DNA from: Podarcis pityusensis
Taxonomy: Eukaryota
DNA: 64,000 nucleotides
NCBI GenBank assembly: GCA_964106645.2
Contig: OZ067051.1
Direction: 5' to 3' (one strand)
Shown: piece after piece, positions 11,179 through 22,335 of the stretch
How positions within the stretch are numbered: position 1 is the stretch's first letter
How the letters are laid out: each line of letters opens with the position of its first letter
Made by a program: the position numbers and the translations under genes
Notes under the pieces: generated by a model
What the model saw: the letters and a program-made list of their open reading frames with translations, nothing else
Told to the model about the DNA's origin: nothing
Database searches by the model: none

Positions 11179-12568
11179 TATCTAGAACAGGAAAGCCCAG
11201 TCACATTAGCACAGGGGACTGTTGTTGGACTGTGATATTTAGTTCTAACTTATTGATCAAATACACTTTTTAAATGAAGAACAGCTATTTTATTCATTTT
11301 TTAATTGTATTTATATTCCGCTTCTCAGGTGGAGCTCAAAAAGCAGTTGCATATTATTAATATAACACCAAGCATCCAATTTTCTAAAAGTTATAAAAGG
11401 ATGGTCCTTCAGATGCTCCTGTTTTAAAATTTTAGGGTACACACACATAGCAGACACACACTCCACAGAAAACCTATCCTTCATCCTTCAAAATTTAGGA
11501 AATATTCCCTGAGAAAAATACACATTATTTTAGCACACAGAACAGTCCCCCAAAAGCCCTCTTGGCTCTCTTAATTACTCTGAATATTTCTTCTACAAAA
11601 GGAGATATCTTGGAGAAACCTTTCCCAGCAGTTACTTACAAATCCTGCCTTAAGGGCATATTTGGGTATGAATAGGGTGGGCCTGTGACCTGGATCCAGG
11701 ATAAAGTATTTACCATCTCAGTGGCCAGACTGCCCAGGTAATGCAATCGGTAAAGCATTATCAGGTACCTTGGCAGACAGGAGAGAAGCCAGAATCAACA
11801 TTTCTATAGGAGACTGCCCTCCTTCTGTGAAGCATGTATGATGCTTTTTGGGTGGTCTTTGGTTAAGGGGTTGAAACATGCAATCTGGCCAAATGTTTTC
11901 TCTGGAATTTTTGTTACAATCAATCATAATTTGATTTTGGACCCTGAATTAGCACTTTTGTCGCTCTAACCCTGAGCTTTTCTAACTTAGCCGCTGCCAG
12001 GTGGAAAACAGGAGATAATCATACTTGGTGATCCTGGTATGCCTGTGTGTGGGAGGCTGGCAGCAGGCGGCTCTCCTGGGTTTGCAAATGTGATTATAAG
12101 ATGGGCTTTCAGTTTGTGTTTTTTGCAGCATGAGGACTAGAAATTTGTTTCTGATTTACAGCCAGAGCTGCGATTTACAGCCTAGTCCTGCACATGCTTA
12201 CTTGGCAGTCAGCCTTCCATAGCTTACCCCTGCCAAAGGTGGGCAAATTCTGTAGCCAGTAATAGATTCTGTGCTTGCCTGTTGGATCTTCAGGTAAACG
12301 GAAGTCCTGTTTGTGGATGGATTAGCAACTGCGGATGGATTTCTGCATATTTGTACAAGGATTTCCTGGATTTCTCCCAGCAGTTGCCTACCTCTCAATT
12401 AAAACCCAGCTGCTCAGATTAATAAGAAAATGAACCTTGTGTAAACTCTGTCTGGAGCAACCTCCACCACGTGATAAAACCAGAAGTGTGATCTAACTGC
12501 TCACCTTGTCCTTTGCAGGTGCTGTTGGCAGAGTGAGTGCCATGCTCTGGAGCTCTTAGCTTTCTAAC

Positions 12569-12635
12569 ATGGCAGAGGGAGGTGGAAACGAAGAAGTGAT
12601 TGACTTGAACAGTTTCCGGAGCCACCGAGGGAAAG
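12569..12635 (+). CDS. RNF216: RNF216 coding part of exon 2 (exon starts 12519); MAEGGGNEEVIDLNSFRSHRGK
   Basis: Acceptor ctttgcag| at 12518, ATG at 12569, donor AAAG|gtaagg. 67 nt, ends phase 1. Confidence 0.92.
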
Positions 12636-12684
12636 GTAAGGACAATATTCCTGGTTCTTCCAGGTGCAGCGCATGAGGCTGCCG

Positions 12685-13046
12685 CAGGGGTCAGCAAACT
12701 TACTGCGCCTCGAGCCGGTGTCTCCAGCGCCGATCGCGCGGCGGGCCAGAGGGCGGGGGAGCTTGTGCCCATACGCATGCGCACACGCTATTTCCAGCGC
12801 ACTTCCGGAGCACCAGAAATAGCTTGTGCGCATGTGCACGGGCCTCCTCCGACCTGGATGTGCACCGGAAATAATGCTTGCGCTTGCGCACAAGCTATTA
12901 CCAGTGCTCCTCTGACCCAGAAGTGGGCAGCAGCGCAGTGCCGGTAAGAGCAGACGGCGGCAGTGGGCAGCAGGGGTCGCCGTGGGCCGGATAAACGAGT
13001 CCCTCGGGCCTTATCCGGCTTGTGGGCCTTAGTTTGGAGACCTCTG
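12685..13046. mobile_element. hAT-type MITE 50 nt downstream of exon 2
   Basis: TIR caggggtcagcaaac / gtttggagacctctg; TSD ggctgccg / ggctggtg. Confidence 0.75.
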
Positions 13047-13585
13047 GGCTGGTGGAACTATTGACGGGTGCTGTCGCAGCCTTCTCCAAGCTGGTATCTT
13101 GTCGTTTTGAACAAGTCAGCTCTAGTCCCCATTGCAGGCATGGGGGATGAGGAGCATTGCACTGAGGTGGAGCCTTCAACAGTGGCAAGAGCTACAGGGC
13201 ACAGGGTTCCCTCTCCACTTCTTTCTCCTGCAGTGTGGAATGCCAGTTGCAACCACTTTGATCTGAAAGGAGTCTTTTTCTCAATTGCATTCCCTTCAGC
13301 CTAGGCCCGAGAGATTCCCCATCCCTTCTCTAAAGTGATACTGCTTCAGGAACCAATTGCATCTCACCTTCTCCCTCCCATTCCTAGGAGAGGATTTAAT
13401 TCAGTAGTTACCTTATCGCCAGGCTATCTTCTGCCACCTGCAGCAGTTCTCTGTTGGCATCCTGCCCTGGTTTGGGGCAGCGGCATCTTCATAGCACTCA
13501 AGTTTGTTTGAGACTGTGGCATGCCTCTGGCACTGCCAAGACTGTTCCAGTGGCAAGTGGCCTTAGTCAGAGCCCTTGAATTCTT

Positions 13586-15163
13586 TTCAGCAAATCCTTT
13601 CCCTCTCTTCAAAATTTTTATCCTGAAAATTTATCTTGATCTTAATATAAGTTTACTTTCCCTCTTTTCACCAATTAACAGTCTATTTTTCTTAAATCTT
13701 TGATACATTTTTGCTAAAATAGATTCATTCCAACATCATTCTAACATTCATAAATTTTACAATGTTTCTGTATATAGTCTTTAAATTTCTTCCAGTCTTC
13801 CTCCACCGACTCTTCTCCCTGGTCTCGGATTCTGCCAGTCATTTCCGTCAGTTCCATATAGTCCATCACCTTCATCTGCCATTCTTCCAGAGTGGGTAGA
13901 TCTTGTGTCTTCCAATACTTTGCAATAAGTATTCTTGCTGCTGTTGCGGCATACATAAAGAAAGTTCTGTCCTTCTTTGGCACCAATTGGCCGACCATGC
14001 CCAGGAGAAAGGCCTCTGGTTTCTTCAGAAAGGTATATTTAAATACCTTTTTCATTTCGTTATAGATCATCTCCCAGAAAGCCTTAATCCTTGGGCATGT
14101 CCACCAAAGGTGAAAGAATGTACCTTCCGTCTCTTTACATTTCCAGCATTTATTTTCGGGCAAGTGATTTTTGCAAGCTTGACTGGGGTCATGTACCACC
14201 TGTATATCATTTTCATAATATTCTCTCTTAAGGCATTACATGCCGTGAACTTCATACCTGTGGTCCATAACTGTTCCCAGTCAGCGAACATAATATTATG
14301 TCCAACATCTTGTGCCCATTTAATCATAACATATTTCACCGTTTCATCCTGAGTATTCCATTTCAACAGCAAATTATACATTCTTGACAAATTCTTAGTT
14401 TTGGAGTCTAACAGTTCTGTTTCCAATTTTGATTTTTCCACCTGGAAGCCAATTTTTTTATCCAAATTATATGCCTCCATTATCTGATAATAATGAAGCC
14501 AATCTTGCACTCTATTTTTTAATTTTTCAAAACTCTGCAGTTTTAATCTGTCTCCCTCTTGTTCCAAAATTTCCCAATATTTTGGCCATTTAGCCTCCAT
14601 ATTGAGCTTTTTCTGAGCCTTCGCTTCCATTGGTGACAGCCACCTTGGGGTTTTACTCTCAAGCAAATCCTTATATCTTATCCAAACATTAAACAGTGCT
14701 TTTCTGACAATATGGTTTTTAAACGCTTTATGTGCTTTGACCTTATCATACCACAGATATGCATGCCACCCAAAGACATTATTAAAGCCTTCTAAGTCCA
14801 ACACATCAGTGTTCTCAAGAAGCATCCATTCTCTCAGCCAGCAAAAAGCAGCTGATTCATAATAAAGTTTTAAGTCTGGCAGGGCAAATCCACCTCTTTC
14901 CTTAGCGTCGGTTAATATCTTAAATTTTATTCGAGGTTTCTTGATTTAGAATACAAAAAAGGGAGGTGTGAGGAGGTCAGGGAAACAAGCAAATGAAAGA
15001 TAAGTTATGGGAAGGCTCGATTTGTTTTGTTTTTTTGTTTTTTTTGTTTCTATTTTTCTGTTTTTTTATTGTGATGTGTTGTTTTGCTATTGTTTAATTT
15101 GGTGTTTTTTCTTTTGCCTTTTCGTAAACTTAAAACCTTAATAAATACTATTTTTTAAAAAAA
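13586..15163 (+). mobile_element. L1 insertion with 5' inversion (13586-14943 antisense ORF2 and proximal 3' UTR; 14941-15163 sense distal 3' UTR and A tail)
   Basis: Minus-strand ORF2 pieces of 252 and 152 aa, with a C-terminal CWKC...H..W.C motif and one frameshift near 14160; plus-strand AATAAA at 15140; 8-bp TSD gaattctt at 13578 and 15164. Confidence 0.85.
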
Positions 15164-15242
15164 GAATTCTTCTTCCATTTTATTATAAGGCAAACTCGGG
15201 TAACATATTTCAGATTGAAGTTATAACAACTAGAAATAACTA

Positions 15243-15493
15243 CAGTTGTACCTTGGTAGTCAAACACCTTAGTTGTCGAACAAATCGGCTCCTGAACGTC
15301 GCAAACCCAGCAGTGAGTGTTCTGGTTTGTGAACGATTTTTGGAAGCCAAACATCCGATTCAGCTTCCGTGGCTTCTGATTGGCTGCAGGAAGTTCCTGC
15401 AGCCAATTGGAAGCCGTTCCTTGGTTTTCGAACCATTTTGGGAGTCAAATGGACTCCCGGAACGGATTAAATTTGAGAACCAAGGTACGGCTG
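15243..15493. mobile_element. Tc1/mariner-pogo-type MITE, family B
   Basis: TA flanks; TIR cagttgtaccttgg / ccaaggtacggctg. Confidence 0.85.
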
Positions 15494-15564
15494 TATTAGT
15501 GTTCTGTTGTGAACCTTCAGCTGATAGGTAAGTTGTCTCTCCTTTCTCTCCTTCCTTCTTTCAG

Positions 15565-15701
15565 ATAGAATAAACCACAGAGACGAAGGGCTTATCACCA
15601 TATCCGACTCCTCGGATGAAGAATTGCCAGTGATGCTGGACATTCCTGTTCGCCGGCAGTGGGAGGATGAGGAAGACGACGATGTAGTCATACTGATGGA
15701 G
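15565..15701 (+). CDS. RNF216: RNF216 exon 3; DRINHRDEGLITISDSSDEELPVMLDIPVRRQWEDEEDDDVVILME
   Basis: Long pyrimidine tract then tcag|, donor GAG|gtaact. 137 nt, phase 1 to 0. Confidence 0.93.
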
Positions 15702-16132
15702 GTAACTCTTTGGCCCTGGCCATCCTCCAGTATAGCAAAAATTGAAATTTGTGTTAGGCTTAGTATACAACCAGTATGGTCTCCCCATCCCAGATGTATG
15801 TTTAAAACGGAATAGTTATATGTTATTTATTATTTGAAACTTTTTAAAATCTGGCATTGATTTAGTTAGCTTGACTCTCATTGTAACAGATGCATGAATC
15901 CTCCCCCGCTGTAAGACACAAATCGAGCCCCCGTCTCATATTCTGGAGTTGTTCTCACTTGGCTTCCAAAACTTTGCCCAAGTGAGCTTAGCAGGGCATC
16001 TTAAAATGTGAGGATGGTGGGCTGCCCCCTGACAGCTCATCCTAGAATCTTTCAGCTGTTTCAGGTAGCGGCTCTGTTCTGCTACTACCTTGAGGAAGCA
16101 CAACATTTTTTGAACAGCAAAACATGCTTTTA

Positions 16133-17824
16133 TTTATTTTTTTTTTTTCAAATGATATTTATTAAGATTTTCAAAAATACAGAAAGTAAGAGTTAAAATA
16201 CATTCAAAGCCTTATTTTCATACATCCACTTTCCGGGACTCCCCCCTTCCCCCACCCCTACCATATTCCTCTTTCATATTGTTGGCTCCACAAGCTCTCA
16301 GTTCTAATTGAAACTTAATTTGTTTAGACCATTATCCGAATTTAAAATTTATACACTCCTCATCAATACCCTTAATAAAAGACAAAAATTCTCTCCCAGG
16401 GCCCACCCCATTTTCATTCCACAATTTCCCTTTTTTTAATAATAAGGACACCCCACACAGTAGAAATATCAGAAATAAGAAATAAAAAGTATAATAGATG
16501 AAAAAGAGCCAGTTCAGAAAAAAAGAAGTTAGCAAGCCTTTGGATTTTAGTTCTCCCCCCCCTGTCCCCGGTTTAATTTCCCCCTGACCACCAAACCATG
16601 TTATCCGCCTGGAATTCTTAAAGTCCATAAATCACCTATTTCCCCCAACTCCTTGCTAGCTTTTTCTTTTTATAGTTATTTTTTTTTTTTAAACACTTAA
16701 CTTCAGATCTTTAATAAAACTCCCCCCATTGTTCTTTCCAAATTGTAGTCCAATTTCCTCTTGTTCCGCTGCTAAAACGTTCTAATTCAGAAGCTTAGTA
16801 ACTCTGCAGGGATTATTGTTATTCAGGAACAAAAACTTGCGTTCAGTCCCTTCCTTTCTTCAATAGAAAATTCTATTGTCTCCTTTAGCTGAACACCCTG
16901 TAGACAAAATATTATTTCCGTTTTGCAGCTTTCCCAGAAGATAACCAGTCCTGTAAAGTTCCAATGGTATTTTTCCACTTACGACCATCTTTGTAATGTC
17001 CCGAAACTCCTCTAGGGGGATTGTTGTAACTTTGTTTTCTCTAGTCCAAAAGTCCGATTGTTATCCATGTTTTCGCCATTTTGTATCCAAGTTTTAACGA
17101 GTTATAGCAAATTGTAACAAATTTAACCAGCAAGGTTCTCATAATAAAATCCTCTCTGCTTTCCGACTTTGACAGCTACTTTGACAGCTGTCAAAATCTC
17201 CGACTCTTTTCACCAGGCTCTCTCTTCAATCACCCCGGTTCCCAGGGGGGGGGGTTACGTTTCTTCTCCCTCAATTCTTCCTCCAGCACAGTTCTTATAG
17301 TTCCCCATCGTGGAATTCTTAGTTTTTATCAGCAATACAAATCTTTTTGGACCTTGGTTTCCCCGTCCTTGTTTTGGAAGGTTTACAGTAGGGGGGGGGA
17401 CTGACTTCCTTTTTGGATCCCCCCCCGCTCGTGTCCAATCCGAAAAAAAAAATTCTTTTTTTTTCCTCCTTTTGAACCCGGTTGCCAAATTACTCACGGG
17501 TTGTTGTTAAGAAGTCCGAATTTTCAATGGAAGAAGTCAGCGCTCTCCGCCGGATGGCATGCGGCTGCGCTCGGCAGGGATAGCAGAGGACTCAAAGCAC
17601 CACGCTTCTCCCCGGCACCCGATCCGTAGCCTTTAAAAAGGCTCCTTCACGAGTCGGGAGGGCGCTAACGGTGCCAGCCGAGTCTCCATGTCCACGGCCC
17701 TCGTGGCCGTGGTTTTTAAGGGTCCCCGCATCGCCGGTGCGGTAGGACCCAGCCCCTGCCGAGCAGACTCCCTCCGGAGCTCGGAGGGAGTCCGCCATTC
17801 GGCGATGGCGCCAACCCGGAAGTC
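16133..17824 (-). mobile_element. Full-length ~1.7-kb non-autonomous L1-type retroposon
   Basis: 16-bp TSD gcaaaacatgctttta at 16117 and 17825; CpG-rich 5' end; minus-strand AATAAA and poly(A); no ORF over 100 aa. Confidence 0.8.
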
Positions 17825-17984
17825 GCAAAACATGCTTTTAAATACCCCTTAACACCAGCTGCCAAATGCCTCCCTGAAAGGGAGAAAATCCACTTCTTAA
17901 AATCCTGCTTGTTAATTTTCTTTCAATGTGAGCCCACCTTAGCAGGAGCAAAACGAGGAAATGCTTACTCTAAATCCTATATAG

Positions 17985-18120
17985 CAGTGATGGCCACACT
18001 TGGCCCTCCAGCTGTTTTGGGTCTACAACTCCCGTCATCCCTAGCTAACAGGACCAGTGGTCAGGGATGATGGGAACTGTAGTCCCAAAACAGCTGGAGG
18101 GCCAAGTTTGGCCATCGCTG
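17985..18120. mobile_element. Palindromic hAT-type mini-MITE (~135 bp hairpin)
   Basis: Near-perfect fold-back; 8-bp TSD ctatatag / ctatata(c); related to 27175-27311 and 27569-27704. Confidence 0.85.
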
Positions 18121-18127
18121 CTATATA

Positions 18128-18351
18128 CAGTGGTACCTCGGTTTAAGAACATCCCTGTTTACGAACGATTCAGTTTACGAACTCCACAAAACCAGAAGTA
18201 ATGTTCTGGTTTGTGAACTTTACCTCGGTCTAAGAACAGAAGTCGAATGGTGGAAGGGCACCGCCGGCAGGAGGCCTCATTAGGGAAAGCGTGCCTCAGC
18301 TTAAGAACAGACTTCCGGAACAGATTAAGTTTGTAAACCGAGGTACCACTG
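18128..18351. mobile_element. Tc1/mariner-pogo-type MITE, family A
   Basis: TA flanks; TIR cagtggtacctcggttta / taaaccgaggtaccactg. Confidence 0.88.
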
Positions 18352-18419
18352 TACTTGCAACCTGAAGCAGCCTTCCAAAGAAACGGCTAGCCTAACCACG
18401 GTTTAATATCCCTTTAAAG

Positions 18420-19256
18420 ACAGGAGCGAAGAAGCTTCTGCGCTCCAATGTGATCAGACCAGCGGCTCCCTGGCAGAGTGCGAGCAAGTCGGGGGAAGGA
18501 GGATCCAAGGGCGACGTGTTGCCAGGGCCCCACGATGGACAGAAGGCGAGGACCCCTCCTTCCCCGAGACCGCCTGGCGCTTGGCGGAACTGCGCGAAGG
18601 CCGCTGGCGTGGCGCTGGGACGGCAGGAAAGCGAGAACGAGGTCTTGGAACTGCCAGAAACCCCGGAGCCCGTTGGGCCGAGGGGGGACGGCGATGGGGC
18701 TGTTCCGGAGCCTGGTCCCAGCGTGGCTCGGACGAGAGAGGCGAGACCCGGCGGCGAGAAGGAGGTCATCAACTTGGAGGAGGTCTTGCCCGCTGATGAG
18801 GAAGGGCAGGAGCAGAGGGAGCGAGAGCTGCAACCGAGGCTAGCACCGCCCCTCGGAGGGACTGTCCGGTGCATCCAGGAGAACATGCGGCTGGACCACC
18901 CATATTTCCAGCCGGCTGAGAAGGACGCAGGCCCCGTGGTCAACCTCATTTCTCCCCAGCAAGGGCAGAGGGACATGGACCTGGGCCCGCTGCCCAGGGC
19001 GTACCAGGAGGAGATCCCTGGGCCTGCCTTTCCCAGGCCGGAGCCTCCGCAGGACGGGATCCCCGGCCCCGCCTCCCCCCAGCTGGCTCACCCACCAGAA
19101 GAAGAGGGAGGTGGGCAGCAGGCAACGGTCAATGAGCAGGCGGGCCCCTCTTCGCCAGCCCGAGGGCCCCCCGATCCTGGTTCCAGCGACGTTCCCAAGC
19201 AAGGCACTGCTCCTCAGCTCGACAAAGACCTCTTTGCTCTTCTCATCAGGGAAACG
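18420..19256 (+). CDS. RNF216: RNF216 exon 4 (large, Pro/Glu-rich); TGAKKLLRSNVIRPAAPWQ...LLIRET
   Basis: Acceptor tttaaag|, donor ACG|gtgagt. 837 nt open, phase 0 to 0. Contains the RNF216-like motifs DHPYFQ and PGPAFPRPEP. Confidence 0.88.
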
Positions 19257-19391
19257 GTGAGTGTCGTTGTCGGGTCTCCTTCATAAGTGTGGCACTCGTC
19301 AAGAAGAGGTAATGACAGCGCAATCATTTTCCCCCACTGTGATCACTTTGGCTTCACTGAATGGGATGCACATCATGTGGAAAGCGCTCTT

Positions 19392-20249
19392 TTTTTATTG
19401 GTTTTTACACATATTTTCCAGCATAACAACTCCAAAAAAAGAGAAAAAAACATGACAAATCTTTGGCTGTCACAGCCTTTGACTTCCCTCAGCCCCTTCT
19501 AACGGTTTTCTAAATCCTTTTCTGGTTTTGCATTTTGTTACTATACTTATTGTTATAAATCAAATCTTACATCAATTAAACTTAATCCTTTTCACAATAA
19601 TTTGTAAAATCTTCCTACAAAACTTCTTGTAACCCTGCAAGCAATATTAAATAATTACAATTGTCTTTCAAATATGACATAATTTTTTTCTAGCCCTTTA
19701 GGAAAATGTGGTCCTGCTGGTTTCAAATTTTCCCTGTTAGTTTCGCCAGCTCCGCATGGTCCATCACTTTCATTTGTCCCTCTTCTTTTGTTGGCATTTC
19801 CTCCTGCTTCCATCGTTGGGCTAATAGTATTCTTGCTGCAGTGGTCGCATATAAAAACATTTTTTTATCATTCTTGTGAATTTCTGTACCTACCATTCCA
19901 AGTAAAAGCGCTTCTGGTTTTTTTGAAAATGTATATTTCAACTTTTTAAAATGTCATTATAAACCATTTCCCATAAGTCTTTTACTTTTTTACATTCCCA
20001 CCACATACGGTAAAATGTGCCCTCCTTTTCTTTACATTTCTAACATTTGTTATTTGTTTTATACATTTCGGTTAGTTTTACCGGTGTTATATACCACCTG
20101 TACATCATTTTCATTATATTTTCATTTAAAGCACTGCAGGCAGTAAAATTTATTCCTTCTTTCCATAATCTCCCCCAATCATCTATTGGTATATTGTGTC
20201 CTATATCTTTAGCCCAATGTATCATAACTGATTCTACTTCTTCATCTTC
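19392..20249 (-). mobile_element. 5'-truncated L1
   Basis: ORF2 C-terminal fragments (ENIMKMMYRWYITPVKL; YATTAARILLAQRWK); TSD catgtggaaag(cg)ctctt at 19374 and 20250. Confidence 0.85.
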
Positions 20250-20428
20250 CATGTGGAAAGCTCTTGCCCACGTCAGCTTTCCATGTGCTGCCCTTGTTTG
20301 TGTGCCAGGGATTGGTGTGCCTAGCAGATGGGCAACAGATGTGAGCAAATGCGCGTGACCAGGTGCACATGGAAAGCCCTTGTGGGCCACATCTTGTATA
20401 AATCTTGCCTCAATTGGGCAGTGTTCAA

Positions 20429-21256
20429 TAATAATAATAATAATAATAAATTTTATTTATATCCCACCCTCCCCAGCCGAAGCCGGGCTCAGGGCGGCTA
20501 ACAACAATAAAACAGTACAAAAGTACAGCATAAACAACAGTCTAAAATCATTCGTTATAAAATTAATTAATTCAAGCCACTGGCAACCATTGGGCCAGAG
20601 CTCCGCGAAGATTGCCAAGGGAGGGAGTCAGGCTGTGCCCTGGCCAAAGGCCTGGTGGAACAACTCTGTCTTGCAGGCCCTGCGGAAAGATGTCAAGTCC
20701 CGCAGGGCCCTGGTCTCTTGTGACAGAGCGTTCCACCAGATCGGAGCCACAGCCGAAAAAGCCCTGGCTCTAGTTGAGGCCAGCCTAACTTCTCTGTGGC
20801 CTGGGACCTTCAAGATGTTTTTATTCGAAGACCATAAGTTTCTCTGTGGGGCATACCAGGAGAGGCGGTCCCGTAGGTACGAGGGTCCTAGGCCGTATAG
20901 GGCTTTAAAGGTTAAAACCAGCACCTTAAACCTGATCCTGTACTCCACCGGGAGCCAGTGCAGCTGGTATAGCACCGGGTGAATGTGATCTCGCAGCGAA
21001 GACCTCGTAAGGAGTCTCGCTGCAGCATTCTGCACCCGCTGGAGTTTCTGGGTCAGTCTCAAGGGCAGCCCCACGTAGAGCGAGTTACAATAATCCAGTC
21101 TGGAGGTGACCGTCGCATGGATCACGGTGGCTAGGTCAGGGCGAGAGAGGTAAGGAGCCAACTGCTTAGCTTGGCGGAGATGGAAAAATGCCGCCTTTGT
21201 TATAGCTGCAATCTGCGCCTCCATGGAAAGGGAGGTGTCGAAGATTACACCCAAAC
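20429..21256 (-). mobile_element. Young 5'-truncated L2-type LINE
   Basis: Uninterrupted 208-aa post-RT ORF2 segment (TSRLDYCNSLY, QNAAARLL, LHWLPV, RAFSAVAP); (TTA)n tail; possible TSD ttcaa. Confidence 0.88.
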
Positions 21257-22258
21257 TTCAAGCTTCCTTCCTTCAGTGAATCCTTTGAGTTTTTGCCACA
21301 AGATCCTTGTTTGTGGTGCAGAGGGTTTTGCATCCTCCGGCTTACAGAATCGTAGAGTCACACAGTGGTAGGCACACTAATTAATAAAAAAATAAACAAG
21401 TCTGGAGTAATAACTCTTGTGTGTTGCAACACATTTTGCCAGAGTGTAGGCCAGGAGTTGGGGCCTGTGGCCCCTCCAGATGATGTTGGAGAGCATCTCT
21501 GATGTCTGGGAGGTGTTGGGAACGAACCCAGCACCACAGGGCAGGCACTCCTAAAGCGACTCCTTAAGAAGGATGCTTCCTTGCGACACACTTTTTTTTT
21601 ACTTAAAAACATCAATTTTGTGAAGTGAAACTGGTGCTGCTTCCTGGTTCTGGTTGATTGGTACTTTCTTCTTTTTTGGTTAATTGATGATGTAGCTGCC
21701 TAATTGGGCCTTTAATGCATTAAACTAACGGATCAACTAAAACTTGTAGCTTCATGCACAACATTTATGGCATATCTTTAGGCACCAGTCAAAAAGGTTT
21801 CTCTTCAATGAGGCATTTGGCCGATTAACATTCTATGGATTTTTAAATACATCTGTGGGAGGAGGGTTATAGGTTTGTTTTGCTTTTGTTTTATCATGCA
21901 TTTTGTGTTTTCGTTTTGTACTTCTATGTTGTAAACCACCCTGTGATCTTCGGGTGAAGGGTGGTATACAAATTTAATAAATAATAATAATTTGCTCTGC
22001 ATTTCATTGCATCTAGTCTAAAGGTTTCTGATAAATTACATTTTTACAGTAATGCTCTTTCTCGGCATATTCCCACAACTGAGTGTCCTTTGCTGGTGTA
22101 CAGGTAACACAGTGGGAACATTTCAGTCTAAAACCGCCACTCTGTTTGCATGGAAATATTATTTCCAGCTCTCGTCACCATAAAGGTGAAGCTTTTCTTG
22201 AACTGCTTATCAACCAAAATGTGTGTGGTTTTGTCTCTCCCCCCCCCCCCAAATCCAG

Positions 22259-22335
22259 GAAGCAAGGTTCCCAGATGCAACCAGAGAGTACATTGAGGAT
22301 CTAATACAGAATAAAAACTGCTGTGACTTAAACAT
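22259..22335 (+). CDS. RNF216: RNF216 exon 5; EARFPDATREYIEDLIQNKNCCDLN
   Basis: tccag| ... AT|gtaagt. 77 nt, phase 0 to 2. Confidence 0.93.

Noticed and set aside
18392-19202. Antisense ORFs of 194, 139 and 120 aa
   Set aside because: Shadows of the GC-rich RNF216 exon 4.
20265-20390. Inverted repeat gctttccatgtgc / gcacatggaaagc
   Set aside because: Probably a decayed MITE; boundaries and TSD cannot be defined.
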